From Octopus bimaculoides (lineage: Eukaryota): a stretch of DNA of 60,932 nucleotides. The position numbers and the translations under genes are program-made. Location of the stretch: the NCBI RefSeq assembly GCF_001194135.2, contig NC_069008.1:8684826-8745757 (forward strand), given 5' to 3'. Below the pieces are notes generated by a model. That model saw only the letters and a program-made list of their open reading frames with translations. It was not told where the DNA came from and did not search any database. Below, one piece after another: positions 1-12,670 of this stretch (position 1 is its first letter; each line of letters opens with the position of its first letter).

Positions 1-217
1 ATAACCCTGACCCCAAAACCGTAACCCTAACACCCTAGTGAAAATCGTGTGAGTGTTAATCTGAAAAATTACCCACATTTGTAATGAAGTTCACTCCGCC
101 GAAGTTGACTTTGCCTTTCATCCTTTCGGGATCTAAAAAATAAGTACCAGTTGGACACAGGGGTCGATATAATCGACTATTCTCCACCTGCCCCAAGCCA
201 CCCTTGTGGGAAAAATT

Positions 218-252
<35 letters not shown>

Positions 253-1060
253 CCTCTGCAGATCAAACTCCCAACCCACAACTAAGTCTTAAGTGTATAT
301 ATATATGGGCAACACACATACACCCTAAATAAAAAAATGCTAGTAAGTAAAGTTGTTTTAAAAAAGATTGTTAAATTTTCAGATTAACACCGGCACGACT
401 TTCACTACAGGGTTAGGACGAAAAAGCAGAAAATGTGGATTTCTATAAACTTTTGAAAAGGCTTTACACACATACAGAACTTCAGCATTATATATTAAGA
501 TGGGCAACACACACACACACACACACACTAAATAAAAAAAATGACAGGTATTTGTATGTATGTGTGTATTAATGTGCATTCTGTGTCCATATATGATAGT
601 AAGTAAATGCGTTTTAAGAAAGATATTTAAAAGATTCAGTTTGTAAGGAATAAATGTTTGACTGTCGATCGTATTTGGAAGAAAATGACAGATATTTGTA
701 TGTATGAGTGTGCATTCAAAAACATATATATTTACACTTTAAATTTGGTTTTCACACTCAACCCTGTTCTGCAGAATCAGTGTAGCGACGGGAGGTTTGT
801 GCCCATCTCTTTGTTAGGGTTTGTTAGGGTTAGGTAAATAAAAAAAATGTTAGTAAGTAAAAGTGATTTAAAAAAGATTGTTAAATTTTCAGATTAACAC
901 CCGTACGATTTTCACTACAGTGTTAGGGTTAGGGTTTGTTAGGGTTAGGGTTAGGTAGGTAATGGTGTGGGTGTTAATCTCAAGATTTACGAAAAGATTT
1001 TCAAAAAACTCAGTTTGTAGGGAATAAATGTTTGTTGATCGTATTTGAGAAAGATGTCTC
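1..1060. repeat. Composite repeat with inverted and direct ~60-90 bp modules and TTAGGG-like runs
   Basis: 22-70 (aaccctaaca..tagtgaaaatcgt..gtgttaatctgaaaa) is the reverse complement of about 875-930. 340-415 is a direct copy of 840-920, and 630-690 resembles 1005-1055. TTAGGG/TAACCC runs occur at 2-35, 813-835 and 921-955. Confidence 0.7.
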
Positions 1061-1501
1061 GCTGGTGAAGGACGGTGTTAGAAATGGAAAGTAAACTTAT
1101 AATTCCCGCCAATAGTAGGAGCCATGGTAGCAGTCAGTGCTTAGCGATATTTTGTCCATCTTTATGTTCTGAGATCAAATTCTGCTACAGCAAGCTTTAC
1201 CTTTTGTCCTTGATAAAAGAAGTACCAGTTGGGCACTGGGGTTGATGTGATCAACTAGCCCCACCCCAAATTTTGAGGCAGTAAACTGGCAAAATCTCTA
1301 GCATGCCAGGCAAAATGTTTAATGGCATTTAGTATACTTTTACATTCTGAGTTCAAATTCCACCAAGGCCAACTGTGCTTTTCATCCTTTTGGGGCTGAT
1401 AAAATAAGTACCAGATGAGTACTGGGGTCGATGTTATCAATTTATCCCTTCCCTTGAACTTGCTGGCCTTGTGCCAAAATTTGAAAGCAATATGGCCGTC
1501 A

Positions 1502-1539
1502 CTTCTGATGATGAGCCCTTGAGCCTGAAATATATAAAG
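1502..1539 (+). ncRNA. Degenerate minimal type-I hammerhead-like motif
   Basis: CTT-CTGATGA-T-gagcccttgagcct-GAAATATAT-A-AAG. The core is intact, stem III is palindromic (ATATAT) and stem I is 3 bp (CTT/AAG), but stem II pairs poorly. Confidence 0.35.
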
Positions 1540-1779
1540 GTTTCTTAATCTTCTGTTTTTGCATTGTTAGAAGCTCCCCCACATTATTATTTATTATTTT
1601 ACTTCTATAACCTCAAACTTTATATACACCTGTATACATGTTCATAGATATGGTATGTGGGGTTTGTTGGCTCACTTTCAAATGTACCACCTTTAGCACT
1701 CCTTTCCAACGTCCCTTTATGGATGTAATATCTCTTGTCCCTACATAAACACATATAATGACAAGCCCCTTAACCCCTT

Positions 1780-1960
1780 GGAGAGTGAGAAAGCCTGATG
1801 GAGCCCATCCCTCTCCAGGCTAAACTCATTTTCACAGCTGAGTGGACTGGAGCAATGTGAAATGAAGTGTTTTTGCTCAACACAATGCATCGCCTGGTCC
1901 AGGAATCGAAACCACAATCTTGCAATTGTGAGTCCAACACCCTAAGTCATGTGCCTCCAC
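1780..1960 (-). mobile_element. tRNA-derived SINE, family C (representative; others at about 7640-7810, 13260-13655, 37300-37610, 44050-44290, 51540-51900)
   Basis: Recurrent motif tagtggttag..tgttg(g/a)actca....ttg(t/c)ggtttc(g/a)attcctgg...ttgctccagtccactcagctg with A/B-box-like head. Confidence 0.75.
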
Positions 1961-2086
1961 ATAGACACATACACGAAAATACAAAGGTCCCCTCCTTGCA
2001 AACCTCAGTAACAAATGAAGCTGGGAGAAGAATCACACAAAACAGTTGTAGGAAACAAGAAGGAAAAGAAAAACTGATCTGCTTAC

Positions 2087-2239
2087 CTTCATACTCTGGC
2101 TTTGCATAGGTCCCAGGTCCCTCTGTGTGAATATGGATCACTTCAACATCCTTCAGGTTTGCCTTCTTGCCATATTCAGCCAATGCATTCACCAATCTCA
2201 CAGGAGTTGCAGCAGCACCATGCATAAACACACGCATCC
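2087..2239 (-). CDS. Coding exon 2 of the same CoA-transferase/hydrolase gene
   Basis: Acceptor TTATGCAG|GG at 2240/2239 and donor GAAG|GTAAGC at 2087/2086. The 153 nt encode (G)MRVFMHGAAATPVRLVNALAEYGKKANLKDVEVIHIHTEGPGTYAKPEYE(G). VF.HGAAATP and V.VIH.HTEG are typical of the acetyl-CoA hydrolase N-terminal domain. Later exons presumably lie beyond position 1. Confidence 0.92.
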
Positions 2240-2328
2240 CTGCATAAGAAGATGCAAAAGTAATTAGTCAAGAAGAAACACTGCATCTAAATATTGTTAT
2301 TATTATTATCATTATTATTATTATTATT

Positions 2329-2730
2329 ATGTCCATAAATTATCTTTACAATTTGAAATATTCAGAAAAAAAAAATGAAAAATAAGGAAGTGTTCTGATG
2401 TTTCTAATAAAAATTGATTTCTTTGCCTCTGTTTTCCAAGAAACTCTAAGTTATCTTTATTTTTCATTTTCTTCTGAATTTTTCAAATTGAAAAGGTAAT
2501 TTATGGATACTTTGTATAAAATATACAGGATGTTCATAAATTATCTTTACAACTTCCATAATTTATCGTCTAGATGTGTTATGTGCAACCAATGGAGCCC
2601 AAGCTGAAGTGTTCTGATGTCTCTAATAAAACTGGATTTCTCTGCCTCTGTTTTCCAATAAACTCTGCTAAGTTATCCTTATTTTTCATTTTCTTTTGAA
2701 TTTTTCAAATTGCAAAAGTAGCTTATGGAC

Positions 2731-2738
<8 letters not shown>
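2329..2738. mobile_element. Two tandem Tc1/mariner-type MITE copies (~200 bp each)
   Basis: The second copy has TA|caggatgttcataa ... ttatggacacccta|TA termini (2524-2738). 2329-2518 is a diverged copy of the same internal sequence. They sit about 90 nt upstream of the exon 2 acceptor. Confidence 0.65.
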
Positions 2739-2769
<31 letters not shown>

Positions 2770-3494
2770 AACAGATGAGATCCAGAGGTCCTCAGGATGG
2801 AAAACACTTAGAAGCACTCAGATGATTTGAACTTAGATTCCAATGGCATATAACATCATACTTCCTCCCCATTGCATTCTGGGTAAGTTTGATCAATTGA
2901 TACATAAATATCAATGAATTTATACTTGAAATAGTCATCATCTGAAAATCTTCAGTCTCTGCTTTCTTTCTGCTTGCATGTGTACGTATATACATGTTTT
3001 GTCTATCAAACCCAAGCTGTTATATTTAATTTCTTTATCTGCAAAATTGCCTTTCTGCCTCTGTCTGTATGTAGGTGTGTATGTGTGGTGGGGAGGACAG
3101 AGAGGAAACGAGAGGGGGGAGGGAGAGTGGAGAGAATGGGAGTTGGGGTGGGAGAGATGGAAGGGAGGGAGGAGGAGAGGGGGAAAGATAGGAAGAGAGA
3201 GAGAGAAGGAGGGAAAAGAGAGAACAGAATGCAAGGGAAGGCGAGAGACAGAGGGATGGATAGAAAAAGAGAGAGGGAGGAAAAGAGAACAAGAGGGACA
3301 TTAAAATGTCTGATGTGAAAATAAGTATTGAATCAGCAATGCCAAAATGGCTGTGCCAGAATGTTTCATAGCCTTCTATCAAAATCCTCAGCACTAGAGA
3401 GTATCACTGCTACACCCCGGCTATTGATGGCTATGGTCAAGGCTCTGGAATACAGTTTGCTCTTCAATAACATTTTTAACATTGTTAAATAAGG

Positions 3495-3847
3495 CATGGG
3501 AGTGGCTGTGTGGTAAGAAGCTTGCTTCCCAACCACATGGTTCCGGGTTCAATCCCACTGCGTGGCATCTTGGATGTGTGTCTTCTACTATAACCTTGAG
3601 CCAACCAAAGCCTTGTGAGTGGATTTGGTAGATGGAAACTGAAAGAAGCTTGTATCTGTGTTTGTCTCCCCACCATTGCTTCACAACTGCTGTTGGTGTG
3701 TTTATGTCACCGTAACTTAGTGGTTCAGCAAAAGAGACTGATAAAATAAGTAACAGGTTTACAAAGAATAAATTCTGGGGTCAATTTGTTCAACTACAGG
3801 TAGTGCTTCAGCATGGCCACAGTCAAATGATTGAAACAAGTAAAAGA
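3495..3847 (+). mobile_element. tRNA-derived SINE, family A (dominant; more than 20 full or partial copies, e.g. 21750-22200, 25518-25905, 44930-45090, 57120-57540)
   Basis: Head tggctgtgtggtaag...gggttca(a/g)tccc (A/B boxes), core ccttgggcaagtgtcttctactatagc, tail gtgctccagcatggccacagtcaaatgactgaaacaagtaaaaga. Confidence 0.85.
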
Positions 3848-3869
3848 AAATAAAGAGGTTCCTCTAAAG

Positions 3870-4134
3870 CAGTGGTTCTCAACCGTTTTTTTGCCTATCG
3901 ACCCCTTTCATTCCTATTTTACTCAAGGCAAGGGGACCCTCATAATCATTTGATGTCTAAAAACTCCTATTATTATATTTTTATAATTAAATATTATTAG
4001 GAATTGTATAAAGAAAAAATGTTTAAATATTTAGTATTTTGTAAAAATATAAACAATTTATTTCAGATAAATTTTAGCAACAAAATCTTCTATGGACTCC
4101 CAAGGGCCATATGGACCCTGTTTGAGTAACACTG
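3870..4134. mobile_element. hAT (Charlie/MER5-like) MITE, 265 bp
   Basis: TIRs cagtggttctcaac / gtttgagtaacactg and an 8-bp TSD ctctaaag (3862-3869) / ctcttaag (4135-4142). A partial second copy lies at about 4867-5010. Confidence 0.8.
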
Positions 4135-4149
4135 CTCTTAAGGATCTAT

Positions 4150-4470
4150 GGAGAAACATTACTTGATGTGTAGCTTGGAGATTAGGGAGTGTCTCCAGGT
4201 CAAGCCATACTTCTCCGCATTAAAAGGACACAGCCACGATACTACGATCATGGGGTTAATATGTTGCAAGAAAGAACTGCAAGATAGATCCTTCAAGCTG
4301 AACCAACAGGCAGAAGACCAAGAACAAGATGGTGGGATAATATCTATAATATCTTGGGAACCCAGCCAGAACATCTAATGATGGTTGCTTTTGGATAGGA
4401 TGTTATGGAGGAGATATCTGAGGACTCCACACTCATGATTCTCCCAAGAATAGTGGGTGGAGAAAAATGG
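4150..4470 (+). mobile_element. RTE-like LINE 3' fragment (related copy at about 11340-11720 on the minus strand)
   Basis: agaccaagaacaagatggtgggataatatc reads RPRTRWWDNI. The downstream sequence matches the reverse complement of 11340-11510. Confidence 0.55.
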
Positions 4471-5380
4471 CCAGACAGATGGTTAAATTCATATTTATCA
4501 CAGTTCTTTTCCACATTTCTTTCTAAAATATTATCTCATTCTCATATATACCAAGATATTCATAGTCAACTTTTTCAGGGTCACCAACACTTTCTCCAAA
4601 AGGTAACTGAATATCACTGTGTATGCATGTCTCTCTCTTTCTCTCCTCTACTCTTTCTCCCCCATCTTACTCTCCCCTCCTTCTCCCCACCTCCATCTCT
4701 CTCTCTCTCTCTCTCTCACCTCTTATCAAGCCAACTACAACACGTTTTGAAATAGCAAAACTACATTCCAATATCCTGGCAACAACAGAATACACTTTTC
4801 ACAAGTATATATATATCAATCTTTCTCTGGCTTATCAACTGTCTGTGCTTATGTTTCTTTTAAATCAGTGCTTCTCATCCATTTTTTCCCCCATGGACCC
4901 TTTTAATTCCTAAAAAAAACCCAAATGATTCTTATAATTAAATATTATTAGGAATTGTATAAAATTTTTTTTTTTAATATTTTGTGTATTGTAGAAATAT
5001 AAGCAATTTATTCTTTTATCTTTTATTTTTTTTATCTTTTATTAATGACATTAAGTAAATATCTTGGTTGTTTTATGAGAATATTAATCAAATCACCCTA
5101 GTGCTTGAAACTTCACTGGTACCTGGTGCTACAGAGAGATATTAAGATGAAGGTGGGGAGGGGAAGAGGAAGACGTCATACTTAACCTGCCCAAACTGCC
5201 CCCCCCACACACACACAAGTTTACTGCCCTACATCACAATCTCTGACAGTCACACAGAGCTTTAGAGGCAGAAGCATATGCATATGCGCCCATGCACATG
5301 TATGTATATGTGTATGTATAAATATGTATGTATGTGTATGTATAAATATGTATGTATGTGTACATATACATACATGTATA

Positions 5381-5435
<55 letters not shown>

Positions 5436-6591
5436 AAACTCACATAGATACAACTCTAGATACACGAATGCTCAACATGTACACAGCTCCAGCATGGAAA
5501 CCCTTTCATTAGACCACAACCACAACCCAACCCATCCTATTAGCACTACTCGGAACACCACCACAACTTCTACCACTCTTACAAATAGTCAATTAACAAC
5601 AACAACAACAATAATAATAAAAATAATAGTAATAATAACATTAATAATACTAACAGTCTGGATCTTTCTACCCCCTTCTCTAACCTCTCCTCTGACAATT
5701 TTACCTCCACCATTCCTGAAAACAATCTCCAAAATACACCCACTTCTAACTGCCATCCTGGAGACGTAAATAAACCAGCATCGGTTCTCAAGCAATGTTG
5801 TGCGGACAAACACAGACACACACGCACACACACACACGTACACACACATATATATAAGACGGGCTTCTTTCAGTTTCCATCTACCAAATCCACTAACAAG
5901 GCTTTGGTCGGCCCGAGGCTATAATAAAAGACACTTGCCCAAGGTGCCACACAGTGGGACTGAACCCGGATCCATGTGGCTGGTAAGCAAGCAACTTATC
6001 ACACAGCCACTCCTGCACCTAACATATATATATATATATATATATANNNNNNNNNNNNNNNNNNNNNNNNNNNNNNNNNNNNNNNNNNNNNNNNNNNNNN
6101 NNNNNNNNNNNNNNNNNNNNNNNNNNNNNNNNNNNNNNNNNNNNNNNNNNNNNNNNNNNNNNNNNNNNNNNNNNNNNNNNNNNNNNNNNNNNNNNNNNNN
6201 NNNNNNNNNNNNNNNNNNNNNNNNNNNNNNNNNNNNNNNNNNNNNNNNNNNNNNNNNNNNNNNNNNNNNNNNNNNNNNNNNNNNNNNNNNNNNNNNNNNN
6301 NNNNNNNNNNNNNNNNNNNNNNNNNNNNNNNNNNNNNNNNNNNNNNNNNNNNNNNNNNNNNNNNNNNNNNNNNNNNNNNNNNNNNNNNNNNNNNNNNNNN
6401 NNNNNNNNNNNNNNNNNNNNNNNNNNNNNNNNNNNNNNNNNNNNNNNNNNNNNNNNNNNNNNNNNNNNNNNNNNNNNNNNNNNNNNNNNNNNNNNNNNNN
6501 NNNNNNNNNNNNNNNNNNNNNNNNNNNNNNNNNNNNNNNNNNNNNACATATATTAAAAACCACATATATTAAAAACCACATATATTAAAAA

Positions 6592-7087
6592 CACACACAT
6601 ACATACATCATCATCATCATTTAACGTCCGCTTTCCATGCTAGCATGGGTTGGATGATTTGACAGAGGACTGGTGAACCAGATGGCTGCACCAGGCTCCA
6701 ATCTGATTTGGCAGAGTTTCTACAGCTGGATGCACTTCCTAACACCAACCACTGCGAGAGTGTAGTGGGTGCTTTTATGTGCCACCGGCACAAGAACCGG
6801 TCTGACGGTACTAGCAACGGCCACGCTCAGATGGTGTTTTTTACGTGCCACCTGCACAGGAGTCAGTCCAGCGGAACTGGCAGCAACCTCGCTCGAATGT
6901 TTTGTTCACGTGCCACCAGCACAAGTGCCAGTAAGGTAACGCTGGTAACAATCATGCTCAAATGGTGCTGTGTACGTGCCACCGGCAGGGAAGCCAGACA
7001 GCTGCTCTGGCAGTGATCCCGCTCGGATGGTGCTGTCAGCGCTCCACTGGCACGGGTGCCAGTCATCGAATTTGGTTGTTTCATTAT
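6592..7087 (-). mobile_element. (ATG)n-tailed RTE-associated retroelement 3' end / SINE (other copies at 31678-32020, 39700-40208 and elsewhere)
   Basis: Ends in gaaagcggacgttaaa(tga)n and has internal acgtgccac repeats. It is flanked by a 19-bp TSD aaaccacatatattaaaaa (6573-6591, 7088-7106). The 39700-40208 copy continues into RTE coding sequence PRKTWDDVVKHDL. Confidence 0.75.
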
Positions 7088-8497
7088 AAACCACATATAT
7101 TAAAAACCACAATTCTTGTTAAATACAAACTACCCAGCGTTTCATGGTCAAAACATTAATTAATTTCACCAGTTTTCAAGCTAAGAAGACCGTTTGTCAG
7201 TTGCTTTTTTAAGCAAATGATGTTTAGTCAAGGGAAGCTGGTAAGGAAGAAGACAATAAGATAAACACAAGGGAGATAACCAACATTTACAATAAACAAA
7301 GTCAAAAGATGGAAACGAGATGTTAATGATATACTGTGTGTCTAGTGGCCAGTTTGTAAATTCTGCCAAGATGTAGTTCTTAAAATCTGGACATACAGAA
7401 AAGTAAGTACGTACGTACATATGTACAGACATACATATACACACGAACACACACACACACACACACATATAAGGACCCCTTCAGGCATGAATGACCATGA
7501 GATTGCATCAAGAAAGTTACCCTTCCAGGCACAAGTCCGGGCAAGGTTGTTTATGGAAAATTAGCAGTCACCCATGTATACCGGCCTCCCCTCTCCATGC
7601 TACTGATGTTAACCAAGGGAAAGGCAAAGGGGCCGATACAGCTTGGCACCAGTGACAACATCACAACTCATTTCTACAGCTGAGTGAACTGGAGCAACGC
7701 GAAATAAAGAGTCTGGCTCAAGAGCACAGAACACAGCCCGGTTCGGGAATGGAACTCACTATCTCATGATTGTGAGCCCAACACTCTAACCACTGAACCA
7801 CGTGTCTTCACATACACACACACACACCTTTTATCTTTTATTTATTTCAGTCATTGCGCAGCGGCCATACTGGAGCACTGCCTTGAAAGGTTTAGTTGAA
7901 CAAATCAACCATGCCAGGACTTTTTCTCTAAACCTGGAATAAATACCAGCCTCTTTTTTGCCAAACCACTAAGTCACAGGGACATAAATAAACCAATACT
8001 GGTTGCCAAGCAGTGGTGGGGAACAAACACACACACAACAGGCTTCTTTCAGATTCCATTAACCAAATCCACTCACAAGGCCTTGGTTGACTCAAGGCTA
8101 TAGCAGAAGACACTTGCCCAAGGTTCCACACAGTGGGACTGAACCTGGAACCATGTGCTTGGCAAGCAAGCTTCTTATCACACTGCCACCATTGCTAGTT
8201 TCAAAACCATGTATTCAGTTTCTCAATCAAAGAAACTACCTTGACTGTGTAGGCGCAGGGTAGCTGTGTGGTAGGAAGCTTGCTTCTCAACTACATGGTT
8301 CCAGGTTCAGTCCCACTATGCAGCACCTTGGGCAAGTATCTTCTACTATAGCCTGGAGCCAACCAAGGCCTTATGAGTGAATTTGATAATAATAATAACA
8401 ATGACTTGAAACCATGTGGATATCTAAGCTTACAGGTAGTAAGCCACTGCCCACATAAATTGTACCAGGAATAAGAAGAATCCTGAGCGAAGTTGAA

Positions 8498-8540
<43 letters not shown>

Positions 8541-8552
8541 TATTATTATTAT

Positions 8553-8589
<37 letters not shown>

Positions 8590-8945
8590 GAAAGCAAACG
8601 ATGCTGGATCATAGATATAGCATGCTCAGCTGACAAGGTATGCAATAAGGAAGAAAGATAGATATGACAGGTTAGATTGGGAGATTGAGCAGTTGTGATC
8701 AATGAAAAAGAGTAACACCAATAATTGTCAGAACCCTGGGAACAGTGAGTAAAAATCTTGAGATATACATGGAACAAATAGGGGCTACAATAAGGGTTGA
8801 ACACTTGCAGAAAACAGCACTGCTTGGAACTGCTCAAATACTCTGGAAGGTGCTCAAAAAATAAGGGGTGTTACCTTAGGTCACTGGTAGTGAACAGCTG
8901 GCACAATAGTACATCTCCAGCATTAGAAGCTGTGCAAAGACAATA
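8590..8945 (+). mobile_element. R4/Dong-clade non-LTR retrotransposon 3' fragment (restriction-like endonuclease region) in a (TAA)n tract
   Basis: Frameshifted translation RCWIIDIACSAD..NKEE..YDRL.WEIEQL / VTPIIVRTLGTVSKNL...LQKTALLGTAQILWKVL* matches the RLE C-terminus. (AAT)n lies on both sides. Confidence 0.75.
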
Positions 8946-10235
8946 AATAATAATAATAATAATAATAATAATAATCATAACGGTTTCAAATTTTGGCATA
9001 AGTCCAGAAATTTGGGAGGAGGGAATAAGTCAATTATATTGACCTTAGTCTTTGACAGGTACCTATTTTATCAACCCTGAAAGGATGAAAGGCAAATTAA
9101 ACACCAGCGGCATTTGAACACAGAACATAAAGATGAATGGAATGCTGCTTGGCACTTTTCCCAGCATGCTAACGATTCTGTCAGTTCACCACCTTAAGAA
9201 TAATAATAATCTTTTCTACTAAAGGCACAAGGCCTGAAATTTGGGGGGGGGCAGAGGACTAGATAATTACATCAACCCCAGTGTTTCTCTAGTACTTAAT
9301 TTATGAACTCCGAAAGGATGAAAGGCAAAGTCAACCTCAACAGAATTTGAACTCAGAAAACAAAAACAGACAAAATGCTGCTAAGTATTTAATCCAGTAA
9401 TTTTTTCTTGACAAAATTATCTATTATTCTTTAGGTACCCTACATTTTAATACTCCCCTTTTTTGTAAAGTGTCCAGACTTTATGAATATATTCTGTATG
9501 ACACAAAACCCTTTTCACTTTATTGAATTTAAGCCTTGATCTTTAACAAGAGAAATGAGAGCTCTGGATCAATAAGGTTCTGGATTTTCAATCATTTAGG
9601 GAGGTCAATCCCCTTTATTTGTGTTACTATCATTGTATCTTTCATTGTGCTATGGTATAGTAACTCCCTTGTTTAATGCTATTCTGCTAGGAACATATCA
9701 AGAGCACTAACTGAGCTAGTCTTCTCTATACATAATTATACATATGGAATTCTGGCAACTATATACAATCACTTGAACACACATCAAGCATGTATGTATG
9801 TGAATATAAACCTTTTCTTAACCGCCAGACGGACAGTTTATCAAATCCCTGACTCCCCCAATGTGTGATACCTCGAAGATCAAGGGACCACGTGTGGAAA
9901 TTAATTTCTGGGCCCGTATATTAATGGAAGTGGCTGTTGCAAGAGCTGCATCATGGAGAGAACCAAAATTCTTCAGGACTTGAAGAAGCCTGGAGCATTA
10001 AACAGCCATAAGGAAGTGTTTTCTAAATTTATCCACTTTAAGCGCTACTTACTAGAAAATTGGATCTCCCAGTTTGCTCGTTAGGCCTCTCCGAGTCTAT
10101 AAAGGTTTCTTTTTTGACCCTCTGATTAAAGGGAAATAACCCGTACTCATTAACGTATTTTTGTATTCCTCAAGTTCTGAGCGTTTCCTCACGTCTGCAA
10201 CATAGATATTTTAAAACTTTGTATTCAAATAGAGT

Positions 10236-10280
10236 CTGACGAGCCAACCACAAGGCTTTGGCTTTGTGGGTGCAAAACCT
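10236..10280 (+). ncRNA. Decayed hammerhead-like motif, truncated by an assembly gap
   Basis: CTGACGA is followed by a long stem II (GC/GC closing plus 9 bp ccacaaggc/gctttgtgg, TTTG loop), then AAAAC instead of GAAAC (a CpG-to-CpA type change). Stems I and III fall in the gap. Confidence 0.3.
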
Positions 10281-10974
10281 NNNNNNNNNNNNNNNNNNNN
10301 NNNNNNNNNNNNNNNNNNNNNNNNNNNNNNNNNNNNNNNNNNNNNNNNNNNNNNNNATATATATATACATATATGTATAGATAGATAGGCAGACAGATGG
10401 AAAGACAGATGTAGATATGTGTGTGTGTGTGTGTATTAAGTTAGGCATTGTATACACACACACACACACATATATATATAGACATACATTTATGTAAGTA
10501 TATATGTATACTGACAATTCCAAATATAACAAGTTGAGTGCTAACATACTTAATACATGCCACTTTATTGTAATTAAACTCAATTACTTATAATTATTTT
10601 TGTAGTGAGGAGAGAGGAATATATAGCCTTAATGACTATGTTAATCAAATTCAATGAAGGTACAGAGTCCACAACTCTGAAATTAACAAATAGAACTACA
10701 TGTGCACTGAGGAAATAAGATACTAACTTGAATGAACTAATAATAGTACTTTGATTCTGTATTTAGTCAGCAAAGGCTGACAACTCCAGACATGTTAAAG
10801 TCTTCTTAGACCTCCTCAGAGGACCGTAACCTATATCAGTACTTGCTAGATATAGTGAAAAGTAACAAACAGCTTCTGTTACCTAGGTGACCCAATTGGT
10901 GAGGGGAGAGTGTTCTGAGAGAATTGTAACTAGAATTAAGAACAGGGTAGGAACAAATTCTGGTAATAAGAGCA

Positions 10975-11335
10975 GGTTTTACAATGCTTGTTTATGACCT
11001 GCAATAGAGCATGGCACTGAGATGTGAACACGGAATGTAGAAGATGTGCATCTGCAGAGGCTGGGAAGAAATGATGCAAGCTTTCTCCACTGGATGTGCA
11101 ATGAGGCAGAGATGGATTGACAGAAAAACTGGATATAAGGAGAAGATGTAGGCCACAAGAGAGATGACTGCATTAGTGTGCTCATGTAATATGTAAGAAT
11201 GATGAGAGAGAGATACTGAAGTGCCAGAAAATCCATACTGAAAGAAACAGAGGAAGACACTGGCAGAAGTGGTGAAAGTTGATCCCAGGATGGTGGACCT
11301 CACAAAGGAAGACAGCAATGGGTGGGATGCAGTCC
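10975..11335 (+). mobile_element. RTE-like LINE RT C-terminal fragment
   Basis: Degenerate FYNAC..AIEHGTE...LQRLGRNDASFLHWMC...TWAEVVKVD pattern. It abuts an opposite-strand RTE tail. Confidence 0.55.
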
Positions 11336-12638
11336 ATCCATCCATTTACTTTGCCTTCTATTCCTGGGAGAGTCATGGGAGGAGAGCCCTCCTCCTCTTC
11401 TTCCTTCATAGGGTCCTATCAGAAGCAACCATCATTAGACTTCCCGGCTGGATTCTCAAACATGACCAACTGAGACTATGGATATTATCCAACCATCTTG
11501 TTCTTAACCTATTCCTAGATCTCTTGCTGATTAACTCAGCTTAAAGTATCCCTCATGTGATTCTTTCCTGCAACATTCTAATCACATGTCCCTGGCACCA
11601 GAGCTGTGACCTCTCAATGCAGAGAAGTAACAGCTCGACCTGGAGAGACTCCCCAATCAACAAGTTCTGCACCCTGTTGAGCCCATTTCAGAAGAACCCC
11701 ATTTCATTTGCGTGTATTCATAATTGTACTCTTTTAATCATTACCCAATATTCATGATGACAGATACGGAAAAGTGAGCACAGAAATGATGATGAGTATC
11801 ATTAACATTCATTAATTAATATAATGACATACAAGAAGCATAGACAAGATGGAGTAACACTGACTGAGAGTATTACGTAGGGACACCATCTGCATTTACC
11901 ATCTAGGACACCAAGGATCAGCTAAAGTAAATTAACCCTTTAGCATTTAGATTACTATCAAATACAATGCTTATTCATTCACACTGTTTTGAATTAATCC
12001 TGTATTATCTCGTATGTTTGTGATTTTAGTAATACGACTGCATATTATTAAAATGACATTATAGGGTAGGTGTAAGACACTGGATCCTGACAATTTGAAC
12101 ATAAAACAGGTAGAATATTCGGGTTGGATATATCTGGTTTAAATGCTAAAGGGTGATTATTAGACAACAAATAAGCACAGATGTGATTGTGTGTTAAGAA
12201 GTTTGCTTCCCAACCACATGGTTCTGGGTTAAGTCCTACTGCATGGCACCTGGTGCAACTGTCTTCTTCTATAGCCTCAGGCTGACCAAACCCTTGTGAG
12301 TAGATTTGGTAGACAGAAGCTGAAGGAAGCCTGTCATTTATGTGTGTTTGTCCTCCAGCACTGCTTGATCAATAAAATAAGTACCAGGCTTAAACAGAAA
12401 ATAAGTACTGGAGTAGGTTCATTTAACTAAAAATTATTCAAGGCGATGCCCCAGCATGGCTGCAGTCTGATGACTAAAAATAAGACATAAAATGATGCAA
12501 CCATGACTGCAGTTTGGGATTCTGCCTTTCATCCTTTCAGGGTCAATAATAAGTACCAGTTGATCACTGGGGGCGATGTAATCAACATACCCTCTTGCTC
12601 ATAATTGCTGGCCTTGTGCCAAACTTTGAAAGCAATAC

Positions 12639-12670
<32 letters not shown>

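Noticed and set aside
3495-3570. tRNA-like A/B boxes
   Set aside because: These are SINE heads repeated many times with SINE bodies attached, not tRNA genes.
4418-4465. CTGAGGA...GTGGAGAAA hammerhead-like match
   Set aside because: Wrong stem II closing geometry and no stems I or III; it lies within an RTE tail.
5221-6588. Long ORFs in the supplied track (YIYI, HTHT, CVCV, SLSL, poly-X), here and throughout the window
   Set aside because: They are translations of (TA)n, (CA)n and (GA)n microsatellites or of N gaps, with no domain signal.
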